Assembly (NCBI RefSeq): GCF_006345805.1
Contig: NW_021835919.1
Span: 1 to 54,376 of the forward strand
Direction: 5' to 3'
DNA length: 54,376 nucleotides
Source: Octopus sinensis
Lineage: Eukaryota
Shown here: piece by piece, positions 1 to 12,208 of the stretch
How positions within the stretch are numbered: position 1 is the stretch's first letter
Layout: every line of letters begins with the position of its first letter
Notes under the pieces: generated by a model
What the model saw: the letters and a program-made list of their open reading frames with translations, nothing else
Database searches by the model: none
Told to the model about the DNA's origin: nothing
Position numbers and translations under genes: made by a program

Positions 1-461
1 CAAGTACTCACCCGAATTTCTATATATATAATATCTATATTATATATTTTCTATATAATATATATATATATGTATGTATATATATATTATGTATGTATAT
101 ATATATATATATTATGTATATATAGATATATATGTATATTATATATATATATTATATCTATATAATATCATAATGTATACTATAATATATGTATGATATA
201 TAAATATAATATATATGTATATATATATACATATATACAGACACACATCATCATCATCATCATTTAATGCCCGTCTTACAAGCAGGCATGGATCAGATGG
301 TTTCATAGGATTTGATGAGCTGAAGGCCTCTGCTTTGATACAATTTGTTCAGCTGGATACCCTTCCTAATGCCAACGCATACATGCTCGTGCATATATCT
401 TTGGAATCCAGGCTGCAACTTACACACTGCGGCACATTACAAAAGTAGTCCACTGTAGAGG

Positions 462-650
462 TACTCTTTTACTCTTTTACTTGTTTCAGTCATTTGACTG
501 CGGCCATGCTGGAGCACCGCCTTTAGTCGAGCAAATCGACCCCAGTACTCATTCTATCGGTCTCTTTTGCCGAACCGCTAAGTGATGGGGACGTAAACAC
601 ACCAGCATCGGTTGTTGAGCAATGCTAGGGGGACAAACACAGACACGCAA

Positions 651-698
<48 letters not shown>

Positions 699-857
699 CA
701 GGCTTCTTTCAGTTTCCGTCTACCAAATCCACACACAAGGCATTGGTCGGCCTGAGGCTATAGAAGAAGAAACTTGCCCAAGATGCCACGCAGTGGGGCA
801 GAACCCAGAACCATGTGGTTGGTAAGCAAGCTACTTACCACACAGCCACTCTTGCAC
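462..857 (-). mobile_element. SINE family A (tRNA head, CORE-like box, internal TA/TG microsatellite, (GTAAAAGA)n tail)
   Basis: A/B-box-like head, cttgggcaagt box; more than 20 copies in the window. Confidence 0.85.
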
Positions 858-1125
858 TTGAAAGAATTGACAAAAAAGTGAGTCAAATTTTCCTTTCAAT
901 GTTGCTCAATATTTAAAAAGGTCTTCTATGAATGTCATTCCATTTTGATTTCAGCAGTATAACCAAAGACCATCATGGTCTAAGACTGGGAATTCTCTCC
1001 TAACTCAAAGATCTTGTTGCTTTGTTAGCAACCAACTTGAACTCTCCTATGAACTTAAATAAAACCAAAAGGTAAACCATGCATACATACACATCTACAC
1101 ACACACACGTGTGTGTGAGACGAAC

Positions 1126-1371
1126 CACATCGCTGTATTGACCGCGTGTATCTTGTGAATGCCTTCCGGCATCAGTCGCGGGTACGTCCACGTGTACGTG
1201 GGTGATACCGCGAGCTTAGGTACGTTCTTTCGATATCGGGCACAGAACTCGCTGCTTCGTGCCTTGTCGATAACACACGGACACACACACTCGTGGTCTT
1301 CGTCGATAACATCGTATACTACTCAGTTCCCATCTACCAAGTCCATCCACAACACTCTGGTTAGCCTGGAG
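1126..1371 (-). CDS. Candidate exon of an unidentified minus-strand gene (terminal coding exon, or internal exon with in-frame TGA)
   Basis: Non-repetitive CpG-rich island. Acceptor tcttcttttacag|CTCC at 1371; possible donor TG|gttcgt after 1126; 246 nt. Joined in phase 2 to 4783-4827 it reads SSRLTRVLWMDLVDGN* (TGA 1325-1323). Frame not proven. Confidence 0.45.
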
Positions 1372-1774
1372 CTGTAAAAGAAGACATTTGCTGAAGATGG
1401 TACAGAGTGAGACTGAACCTAGAACCCTGAGGTAGAGAGGTAGACTTAACCACACAGCCACAACTTTGCCTATGATGTAAAATGAATGAACATTTTTGAC
1501 AGCCAATCGACTGACACTCCACCCACTTTCTGTCATTAGTTTAGTCCAACATCACTGCTCCACAAAACCATATACTAAGCTACTTTATGAAACACAATTG
1601 GTTTTTCAACAGGATAAGCTCACTTCCTTTGGTACCAATAACCGTTTCTTTTATCTCTAATTCCACCCAGCCCTCTTTCAACCCTTCATCTGACACATAT
1701 ATATATCACAACACACACACACACATATATATATATATAATATATATATATACACACATATGTATATCTAATTA

Positions 1775-2005
1775 AAGGCGGTGAGCTGGCAGAAACGTTA
1801 ACACGCCGGGCGAAATGCGTAGCCGTATTTCGTCTGCCATTACGTGCCGAGTTCAAATTCCGCCGAGGTCGACTTTGTCTTTCATCCTTTCGGGGTCGAT
1901 AAATTAAATACCAGTTATGCACTGGGGTCGATGTAATCGACTTAATCCGTTTGTCTGTCCTTGTTTGTCACCTCTGTGTTTAGCCCCTTGTGGGTAGTAA
2001 AGAAA
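1775..2005 (+). mobile_element. SINE family B (tRNA head, Meta-like central domain)
   Basis: B box gagttcaaattcc; gactttgtctttcatcctttcggggtcgataaattaa resembles the MetaSINE domain. Confidence 0.8.
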
Positions 2006-2654
2006 TATATATATATATAATTCTCAGCTCTGCTCTAAGCAACCCATATATACATATGGCTGTGACCACACACACACCCACACACACACACATGCACACA
2101 CGAATGAATTTAACACATACAGTGATATTGCAGCCATTTACTCCTACTTTTGTGCAAATCCTACATTTCTGCCCATCGTCTGTCCACTCTGCTCGACTCA
2201 AGAACAACAGACTTAACAACTACAGACTTCCTTCATCAATTATTACTACATCACCTTCATAGCAACAAATGGAGTTTCTAAAATTTTTATTTCGCTTTAT
2301 GTTCTTTCATTTATCTATCTTTAACCTTTTAGTATTTAAATCAGCCATAACCACCCAAAATATTCTACCCTGCACACACTACACTGACCATATCCCAGCA
2401 CCCACACTAGCACTGACCACTTCCTAGCACCCACACCAGTGCAAACACTAGCACTGACCAATTCCCAGCACCTACACCTTCATCCAAACACCTACACATG
2501 CACACGTCAATGTCACCAGCCCCCTTCCACATGCATGCACACACACACATACATGCTCTCACATACACACGCATGCACACCTTCATTTTGGGATCACCAC
2601 TACTTTATTATCTTCCCTTATTCCTAGCTCTCCTGTGTGACCCCTCAGTCCAGC

Positions 2655-2845
2655 ATTCACCATAATAGATTGCTAGCCACTGTACCTTTTACAATTTTCT
2701 CTCCCTGTTTATTTTTGTGTTCCTTTCTGTCGAAAAGCATAGGCTCAAAACGTAAAAGACTTTCTCACTTCCCGAATGTTAAACTAATACATCTGTTTGT
2801 TGTTTACATACACGTCATCATCTTTTGTTTTCTTGTAAATTCTCA
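2655..2845 (+). mobile_element. Diverged relative of the PLE-like remnant with a decayed hammerhead (2723-2758)
   Basis: cttt-CTGTCGA-aaagc(tag)gctc-AAAACGTA-aaag; same flanking layout as the reverse complement of 7703-7914. Confidence 0.4.
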
Positions 2846-2991
2846 CAAAATATTCTACTTGTCTTATGCTCAAACTGGCCAGAGCTGACCTCTCACACCT
2901 ACCCTATAATGTCACTGTAAAAATAAATCACATCATCAAAAATCATAAAGCTATGAGATAACGCATGACTAACTTAAAACATGCCGAAAAA

Positions 2992-3590
2992 ATTAGTTAG
3001 TTAGCTAATTTTTTGGCTCAAAAAGCAAGACCATGTAGGGGGACATGGAGTTGTGTACAGGGTGGTGTTCATGTAAAGAGTTCAGGCCACTTGCGGTCAA
3101 GGGAGACTTTGAACCGAGCGGTCGTCGGCATCTTCACTATCTTGTCCGGCAGCTTATTCCACGGATCTGCAACCCGGAAGGAGAAGGCCCCTCTCCTTCG
3201 ATTGAGATGAAATCGTCGCAGATAGAGCTTTTCGGAATGACCCTGCAGCCGACGCTCTGGAGCAGGAGTGAAGAACAGCTCTTTCGAGAGGTTACACTTT
3301 CCGCTTATGATGTTGTGAGCAAGAATGAGATCACCACGGCGTCGTTGTTTTTCTAGAGAATAAAGGTCGAGCCTCTTCAGCCTTTCTTCATAAGACAAAT
3401 TCTTGAGACCAAGAACCATGCGGGTAGCCAGCTTCTGGACTCTTTTGAGATGCTCTATGTCTTTGAGGAGATAAGGAGAAGAGGCTTGAATCCCGTACTC
3501 CAATATGGGTCTCACCAGCGTGACATAGAGTGGTAGGAATATGGCTGCTGTGAGCATTCCGAATGACCGTCGAATCAAGAACAGAACAGA
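2992..3590 (-). mobile_element. 5'-truncated CR1-clade LINE (ORF2 C-terminus, 3' UTR, (CTAA)n tail)
   Basis: Uninterrupted frame ..LYVTLVRPILEYG..RVQKLATRMV.GLKNLSYEERLKRLDLYSLE..RRRGDLI..FSFRVADPWNKLP, typical of the CR1 ORF2 end. Confidence 0.92.
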
Positions 3591-3729
3591 ATTAGAATTA
3601 CATTTGACAGAGTAACATGAATGCTGAACAGTTGAAAAGAGCCACACCTAAAACATTAATGCTTTTTTTAAAAATCTTCATGGCACATATATCGACATTA
3701 CAACTGATGAGCAAGCAGAATTGTTAGCA

Positions 3730-4035
3730 CAGGGATTCTCAGCTATTTTTTTTTTACCTAAGGACCCCTTTTATTGCTATTCTGTTCCGATGGACCCCCA
3801 GAGCCATTCAATATTTAAAAGCTAGTTGTACAGATACCTCTTTTGAAATTCCTGTTTTGTTTTCCACACATTCGTTTGTATAGGTTTGCAAAGCATTCTC
3901 TCACAGAACCAAGTTCCAGTTGCTGCAAACATGTTCTTGCAATAGACACATCCAAAGCCAAATTTTTTCATAAACCCTCAAAATACTACAGTGAACCCCA
4001 AAAATCTTATACGGACCCCAGTTTAATACCACTGT
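3730..4035. mobile_element. Non-autonomous hAT-like MITE
   Basis: Ends cagggattctcagct ... cagtttaataccactg; GGACCCC subterminal motifs; related copy at 21821-22670. Confidence 0.5.
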
Positions 4036-4417
4036 TTTAGCACATTTGGCAAAATGCTTAGAGGCGTTTCTTCCAGCTATTAACGCCCTCAGTTCAAGTT
4101 CCAGATAGGTTGATTTTTGCCTTTCCATTAACTCCCTGGACATTGCAATCTCAAGTTCTAGGATTTATGGGGCTGATTACTTGATTTCCATTGCATAGGG
4201 ATCACAAAGTGCGCCCTAAATGAGGTATCAGTCCATTAAATGGGTTACTCATTTATGGCTAAGTGGACTGAGACAACACAAAATGAAGCGTTTGTCTAAA
4301 GAATCCCTTGGTTCAATGATTGAAGCCATGACCTTATTATTGTGGGTACACCACCCTAACCACGGGACCACCTGCCTTCATTTTTCCATCCTTTTGGAAT
4401 CAATAAAATAAAGTACC

Positions 4418-4650
4418 TATTTCTTTATTACCCACAAGGGGCTGAACATAGAGGGGACAAACAAGGACAGACATAGGTATTAAATCGATTACATCGACCC
4501 CAGTGCGTAACTGTTACTTATTTAATCGACCCCGAAAGGATGAAAGGCAAAGTCGACTTTGGCGGAATTTGAACTCACAACGTAACGACAGACGAAACAC
4601 GGCTAAGCATTTCACCCGGCGCGCTAACGTTTCTGCCAGCTCGCCGCCTA
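4418..4650 (-). mobile_element. SINE family B with 16-bp TSD
   Basis: TSD aataaaataaagtacc at 4402-4417 and 4654-4669. Confidence 0.85.
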
Positions 4651-4782
4651 TAAAATAAAATAAAGTACCATTTGGACGCTAGGGTTGATGCAGTCAACTT
4701 ACCCACTTCCCCTAGAATAAGACAAGGACGATGGTGAAGACGATGATGGGATGGAGAACAAAGAAGAAAAATAGGGACATAC

Positions 4783-4827
4783 CTTTTTTTATACTTGTGC
4801 CTATCTTTTTTGTGCTTTCTCCATCGC
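4783..4827 (-). CDS. Candidate 45-nt internal exon (RWRKHKKDRHKYKK in phase 2, or DGESTKKIGTSIKK in phase 1)
   Basis: Acceptor atgttttgtatttcag|G and donor AAG|gtatgt; length is a multiple of 3; purine-rich unique sequence. Confidence 0.55.
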
Positions 4828-4891
4828 CTGAAATACAAAACATATGATTAATGACATGTATAACAACATACATACATTTTCATAGACATAC

Positions 4892-5318
4892 ATAGGCGCA
4901 GGAGTGGCTGTGTGTTAAGTAGCTTGTTTACCAACCACATGGTTCCAGGTTCAGTCCCACAGTGTGGCACCTTGGGCAAGTGTCTTCTACTATAGCCTCG
5001 GGCCGACCAATGCCTTGTGAGTGGATTTGGTAGACGGAAACTGAAAGAAGCCCGTCATATATGCGTATATATGTATGTATGTGTATGTGTATATGTTTGT
5101 GTGTCTGTGTTTGTCCCCCTAGCATTGCTTGACAACCGATGCTGGTGTGTTTATGTCCCCGTCACTCAGTGGTTCGGCAAAAGAGACCGATAGAATAAGT
5201 ACTGGGCTTACAAAAGAATAAGTCCCGGGGTCGAGTTGCTCGATTAAAGGCAGTGCTCCAGCATGGCCACAATCAAATGACTGAAACAAGTAAAAGAGTA
5301 AAAGAGAGTAAAGAGTAT
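4892..5318 (+). mobile_element. SINE family A, full length
   Basis: ggcgcaggagtggctgtg head to gaaacaagtaaaagag tail. Confidence 0.85.
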
Positions 5319-5478
5319 ACATAAAGGCTTACGGCCTCTTTTCTTCTTTCAGTCATTTGACTGTGGCCACGTGTTTACATTCTTGTGACTTATAGAATAA
5401 GTACTAGGCTTACAAATCGGTTGTCAAGCGATAGGGGGGGGGGGGCAACCACCATATATATATATATATATATGCATG

Positions 5479-5509
<31 letters not shown>

Positions 5510-5746
5510 GCATGTATGTATATATATGTGGAGGCGCAATGGCCCAGTGGTTACGGCAGCAGACACATGGTCACGGGATCGCGGTTTCAATTCCCAGACC
5601 GGGCGTTGTGAGTGTTTATTGAGTGAAAACACATGAAATGAAGTGTTTTGCTCAAGGACATAATGTGTCACCCGGTCCAGGAATCGAAAGCACAATGTTA
5701 CGATCATGATGCTGACACCCTAACCACTAAGCCATGCACCTTTACA

Positions 5747-5791
<45 letters not shown>

Positions 5792-5978
5792 TATATACAT
5801 ATCTATATACAGAGATATAAATGACATTATGATATATATTATATACAATTATTATACATACATACATACACACATATATATATATATAGGCATGTATGTA
5901 TAAGTGTGTGTGTATGTAAAAATTCTTTATATGCTGAGTTCAAATCATACCAGAATTTTTACTTCCCTTTCTTCACAT

Positions 5979-6023
<45 letters not shown>

Positions 6024-6504
6024 GTCCTTCTCTGCTTGGTTTTCTCTCTATTTCTGCTCTCATCATCTCCATCCCTCTCTATTCCTTCCTTGATGTCCCC
6101 TTACTTCCTTCATCTCTGCTTCCATCACTCTTACCTCTGTTTCATTCTTTAAATCCTCTTTCTTTTTTCTTTCATTCTATCTTTCTCCCAGTCTCTCCTC
6201 TCCCCTCTCTCTTTCTATCAATGTCTCTCAATCGCTCTCTCTCTCTTTTACACACACACACACATGCACACACAGAGTTAGCTTATTTTCATTACATTTT
6301 GTGTTCAAATCTCACCTGTCTCGAATTTACCTTTTAGCCATCGGGGGACCAATGAACTACCCACCACCCTCACAGACACACACACACACCCAAAAATTCC
6401 CCTGTACATTCTTCCTCCCTCTTCACACCAAATTAGTGCCATTTCGTGCCAAACGATTAAAAATCATTACTATGTTAATCACAAAACAGTATTATTATTA
6501 TTAT

Positions 6505-6547
<43 letters not shown>

Positions 6548-6638
6548 GGTGGTGGTGGTGGTGATGGGGTGGTGGTGGTAGTAGTAGAGCAAGTACTTAA
6601 TAATAGTAGAAATAGTAACATTAGCAACAGTGGTAGTG

Positions 6639-6679
<41 letters not shown>

Positions 6680-7702
6680 TGTAGTAGTAGTAGTAGCTGG
6701 ACGACAAGGAAGATTTGTGTAGAAAAAGCAACAATGGTGTAGACACACACACATTCACACTCTCACACATACACACAAACACATACTTGAATATGCTTAC
6801 ACACAAATATACACACATGCATACACACTCTCTCTCTCTCTCTCTCTGTCTCACACACACACACACTCACATACACACACACTCATTACTTTTCTCTTCT
6901 AAATCTTGTCTGATGCAGTTACCATTAAAATGGTTAAGATGAAGAGAGAGAGAGAACGAGAGAGAGAGAGAAAGAGAGAAAGAGAGAGAGAGACACACAC
7001 ACACACACACATACAGTAACAGAAAAGAGCACGTTTAGAGAGAGGGGGACATGAAAGGAAAGGCTAAGAGGTGGTTATTTAGTTCTCAATACCAATACCA
7101 TTAAAACAAAACAGGGCAAAAAAACAAAAAGGAAAAGAAACAAACAAAAAAAAGCAAAACCCAAATTAGCAAATTGAAATTCTGTCCTAAGGGCTCCACC
7201 TTAACGAGGATGTCTGATAAGAGATCAGAGACGGAGAAATCAAACCAGCATCTCCCTTTAACTCCAGAGAGGTTGGCTGATTTCAGACAAAAGCAAATGA
7301 TAAGGGGCCAGTACTTGGTGATGACTAGGGGTTGAATGGCGCCAGCAGTGGTGGTGGTCAGTAATGGAAGGGTTAGATATTTCTGTGAAGATGTAATATT
7401 TGGGTTTTTTTTTTTTTTTGGTGGTCTATTTGTAACTTCTTTGTAATCGTTTATTCTTTTTTTTCTTGTTTCATTCATTAGACTGCGGCCATGCTGGGGC
7501 ACCACCTCGAAGAATTGACACCCAGTGCTTATCTTTTTTTTCAAAAGCCTGCTATTTGTTCTATCATTCTCCCTTGATGAACCACTAAGTTACAGGGATG
7601 TAAACACACTAACACAGGTTGTCAAGCAGTGGCTGAAGGACAAACATGGACACAAGGAAACACACACATAGAATTCTCTCCCTATATATATATATATTTA
7701 TA

Positions 7703-7914
7703 TAGTTAATCCAAACAAGAAAACACAAAAAAACACAACAACGAGAGGACGTGGAACAAATATAGTATTATTGGACGCTCAGGAAACAAGGAAAGAAGGA
7801 GGGTTTAACGTTTCGAGCGGAGCTCTTCGTCGGAAACATAGGAGAAGGAAAGATCCAGAGAAGGGAAGACAGAGGAAAAGAAATCGGCAACGCTACACAC
7901 AAGGTCACATTTTG
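7703..7914 (-). mobile_element. Penelope-like (PLE) LTR remnant carrying a hammerhead motif
   Basis: Near-identical second copy at 42322-42532; sits in (TA)n. PLE assignment is inferred from the hammerhead motif. Confidence 0.55.
7803..7837 (-). ncRNA. Minimal hammerhead-like motif (variant core CCGACGA)
   Basis: Minus strand gttt-CCGACGA-a-gagc(tcc)gctc-GAAACGTT-aaac; palindromic AACGTT in place of stem III. Confidence 0.55.
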
Positions 7915-8681
7915 AAATGTATGTATGTATATGTGTATATATGAGTATCTACATATATATGTATGTATATGTGTATATATGTGTGTATATATATGTGTAT
8001 GTGTTTGTGTGTCTGTGTTTGTCCCCCTAGCATTGCTTGACAACCGATGCTGGTTGGCAAAAGAGACCGATAGAATAAGTACTGGGTTTACAAAGAATAA
8101 GTCCCGGGGTCGATTTGCTCGACTAAAGGCGGTGCTCCAGCATGGTCGCAGTCAAATGACTGAAACATGTAAAAGAGTAAAAGAGTATATATCCCGAGGA
8201 ATTGATGGAGCCACTGCTGTAATCGGTTTTCCAACGACTTTTCTGTTATACACACACACACATATATGTTAATTTGGAGTATTAATATACACATGTGTGT
8301 GTGTGTGTGTGTATAATGAAGAAAAAAAACATAGGCCTGTATTTGGTAATTAATTAATGATGTCACACTGTAAATGCAATTCATACATGCAATTTACAGA
8401 TGCATTATACATAATCCTAACGAACACGTCTTCGGACAGGGTCAAAATATGGACCAGAAACATGCAAGCATCTTACATAAGTAGACGAGAGATACAAAGC
8501 CAGTAAGAGGATGGGGGATAAAAAAAGGGGAGGGGGCAGGATGGGGTGCAGGCTGCCCCTAGTGACAAGTAAGGATAATGATGCAAGGCCATCATCAAAT
8601 GGAAGGTGGAGACATAAATCAATTTGTTTGACCTGCATCAAGCAGAGGAAGAAAGCCTGATGAGGATACACAAATATTGCA

Positions 8682-9220
8682 TGAGAGGATGCTGAAATGG
8701 CTTTGGAGACAGAAAATACAGTAGGATCAGTTTATTCTGGTTTTACTCAGCATATTTTACGTGCCGGTGGCACCTAAAAAGCATTAGAATCAGTTAATTA
8801 TGATTTTATTTAACACATTCCCCTCTCACACATATTGCAGTGGTCCTTCACACACCTATTGCAGTGGTCCTTCACACACCTATTGCAGTGGTCCTTTAGT
8901 TTCTCTAACCCTTGTAAAAGAACTTGGAAGGTTGAGCCTACCCAACCGGGCCTTTAATGATACCCTTAAAACCAGGAACTTTCCAGTACCCCGCTATACA
9001 TACATACATACAAGGGCTGCTGAAATGTTCCTGACTTTGGGTAAAAGAAAATACAGGCTGATCAGTCAATTATGATTTTATTGAACGTATTCCCCTCTCA
9101 GGTTTACACACTTATTGCAGCGGTCCTTCAGTTTTTTCTAAGCCCTGTAAAGGAATTTGGAAGTTTGGGCCTCCAACCAGGCTTTTCACGATACCCCTTA
9201 AAACCAGAGACTTTACTGCA
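8682..9220 (-). mobile_element. Two adjacent mariner-derived MITE copies
   Basis: TIR-like gggctgctgaaatgttcctgacttt / aaaaccaggaactttccagtacccc. Minus strand encodes the mariner transposase tail KLKDRCNKCVNLRGEYVQ* (~9080-9136). Internal 24-bp triplication at 8826-8897. Confidence 0.7.
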
Positions 9221-9369
9221 AGTTCTCATGAGAGAGCCTTGTGGGAGAGGGTTATAAATCACCCTGATGCAAAAGGCTTCACTGGCACATGCCAACCAGA
9301 AGGAGATATAAATTCGGACCAAGAATGGGAGAGTTGGATAATATTTGCAGTCTCAGTTGATGCTGTTTG

Positions 9370-9760
9370 ATAATCTAGCAGAAAAGTGTGTTGCTTCTGA
9401 TAGGACTGTATAGGGGGTACTCGAGTACTCAACCCCAACAACTCTTTCAGGAAAAGGGGTGGAGAAGATGGGTGGATTGATCAATTAACAATCTAGCAAG
9501 AAATTGTTATGATGACTGCTTCTGATAGAATGTTATAGAGGACTTGCCTGAGGAAGGAGGTGCTTGAGGACTTTATCATTACATCTCTCCTTGGAATGGT
9601 GAAGAGAGAGAAATGAATGGATTGACAAACCAGCAGGAGACTGTAATGATGGCTGCTTCTGTCAGAACACTATGGACAAAGTGCCTGAGGAAAGAGGTGC
9701 TTGAGGACTTTACCTCCACAACTCTTCCAAGAATAGTGAAAAGAGAAGATGAATGGATGG
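9370..9760 (+). repeat. Diverged ~130-bp tandem triplication
   Basis: Recurring tagca..tgcttctgatag..gcctgaggaa.gaggtgcttgaggacttta blocks. Confidence 0.65.
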
Positions 9761-10228
9761 ATGGATGGACAAACAGATGGATAGATGGATGGATGGATGG
9801 ATGAACAGATGGATGGATGGATGGATGGGTGGACGAACAGATGGATGGATGGATGGATGGATGGATGGATGGATGGATGGGTGGATGAACAGATGGATGG
9901 ATGGATGGATGGATGGATGGATGAACAGATGGATGGATGAACAGATGGATGGATGAACAGATGGATGGATGAACAGATGGATGGATGAACAGATGGATGG
10001 ATGGATGGATGGATGGATGGATGGACAAACAGATGGATAGATGGATGGATGGGTGGACGAACAGATGAATGGATGGATGAACAGATGGATGGATGGACGA
10101 ACAGATGAATGGATGGATGAACAGATGGATGGATGAACAGATGGATGGATGAACAGATGGATGGATGAACAGATGGATGGATGGATAGATGGATGGATAA
10201 ACAGATGGATGGATGGATGGATGGATAG
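9750..10228. repeat. (GATG)n with recurrent AACA interruptions
   Basis: Direct reading. Confidence 0.95.
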
Positions 10229-10299
10229 AATGAAAAAAAAGGTTAAGTTGATCTCAACAAGATTTTAACTCAGAAATAAAGAAACAGAAGCAAAATAGC

Positions 10300-11270
10300 T
10301 TCCAAGTTTTGGCAAAAAGCCAGCAAGTTTGCAGGTGGAGATAAGTTGATTACATAAACCCCAGTGCGCAGCTGGTACTTATTTTATCAACCCTGAAAGG
10401 ATGACAGGCAAAGCTGACCCCACTGTGTTATTCAAACACAGATGACATTCCACTAAGAAATTTGCCTGGCATGGAACCGATTCTGTCAGCTTGCTGCACT
10501 AGAATCATCATCCAGAAGAAATATTATTGGGGTGGGGTGGGGGTGGGGGGGCAAGTCAATTACATCAACCCAAGTCGTTGACAAAGGCAAAGTCGACCTC
10601 GGCGGGATTTGAACTCGGAACGTAAAGACAGACGAAGCATTTTACCTGGCGTGCAAATGATTCTGCCAGTGTGTCACCTCAGATTCAAAGGATATATTGC
10701 CAAGTACCTTGTTGTATGCTCCAACAATTCTGCCAAACCATTAAGCAGATGATTCTAATTCATACAATACCTATTTCTTTATTACCCACAAGGGGCTAAA
10801 CGCAGAAGGGACAAACAAGGACAGACATAGGTATTAAGTCGATTACATCGACCCCAGTGCGTAACTGGTACTTAATTAATCGACCCCGAAAGGATGAAAG
10901 GCAAAGTCGACCACAGCGGAATTTGAACTCACAACGTAACGCAGACAAAATACCGCTAAGCATTTCGCCCGGCGTGCTAACATTTCTGCCAGCTCTATAA
11001 TACCACAATTTCAAGGGAATGGAATTAGTCAATTACATCGGACGCCCCGGCCCCATTATTAGAGCAGTTCTTTATTTTATCAACCCCAGCAGGATGAAAA
11101 GCAGAGTTGGTTTAATCAGGATTTGAACTCAGGAATATAAAAAGCTGGAATCGATATTGCAAAAACCATTTTCCTTTTGTTCTGATGATTCTGCAGATCC
11201 AAGAATGATTTCCAACATAAGGACAATGTCAGAGCTTTGAGGGAAAAAGTCAATTACATCGACCTCGGCA
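10300..11270 (-). mobile_element. Cluster of 4-5 same-orientation SINE B copies of different ages
   Basis: Best copy at 10768-10995; the others are degraded. Confidence 0.7.
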
Positions 11271-11319
11271 TCTGTGGCTTATTTATATCTGTCAGATGTT
11301 ATATCTGTCTGCCTGTCTA

Positions 11320-11604
11320 AACACATACACACACACATGTACATATATACATGGATATATATACACACACACACACACACCTGTGTTTATAGTCAGACAC
11401 AGATTTTATATATAGTACATATATATATATATATATATATATGCACCCACATTAAAGATAGCATATGTGTATAAATATACATATATATGCTTATATATCA
11501 CTCTATAGATATATACACAAACATTTACATATGTATAGATATATACATATACATTTACATACATATATACATATACACACACACACATTCACATACATAT
11601 ATAA

Positions 11605-11635
<31 letters not shown>

Positions 11636-11864
11636 TTCACATACATGCATACATACACACACACATATATATATATACACACACATTCACATACATGCAT
11701 TCATACATATACATATATATATACACACATTCACATACATACATACATATATGCATATATATATATATCAACAGATACACACCTGTACACATATACATTT
11801 CTTTCTCTCTCTCTCTCTGTTCTACTTATCTCCTTTCCCTGTCTGTCTGTATATCTTCTTTCTT

Positions 11865-11909
<45 letters not shown>

Positions 11910-12173
11910 CTCTCGTCTTCGGAAACCTACACCTGTACACCGTCTCTTTGATCTTTCTTGGCATTTCTTTTTGCATTCAATCACTTTTTCTCCCACCTGT
12001 CCTCTCTCTCTCTCTCTCTCTCCCTCCTCTCCATAACAGTCTCTCTCTCCCTCCTCTTCGCAATAGTCTATCTCTCTCTCTCTCTCTCTCTCCCCTCACA
12101 TTCTATTTCCCCTTCACAATCTTTTAAACTTGTCTTCTCTCCTTCTTCCCTCCCTCTCTCTCTATCATGTTGT

Positions 12174-12208
<35 letters not shown>

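Larger units (their letters stand above)
2321..3636. mobile_element. Old TTAA-ended MITE-like repeat interrupted by a minisatellite, a PLE remnant and the CR1
   Basis: Ends ttaaccttttagtatt ... aatgctgaacagttgaa; a related end ttaaccctttggcat occurs at 26073. Confidence 0.35.

Noticed and set aside
622-825. Recurrent small ORF family MLGGQTQT...DTCPRCHAVGLNPEPCGW
   Set aside because: Antisense translation of SINE A; the frame varies with microsatellite length.
3069-3647. Host protein-coding gene
   Set aside because: CR1 ORF2 C-terminal fragment; the ORF start lies in unrelated flanking DNA.
5248-5295. Hammerhead in the SINE A tail (stem-loop followed by GAAACAAGTA)
   Set aside because: No CUGANGA core; more likely a 3' stem-loop for LINE RT recognition.
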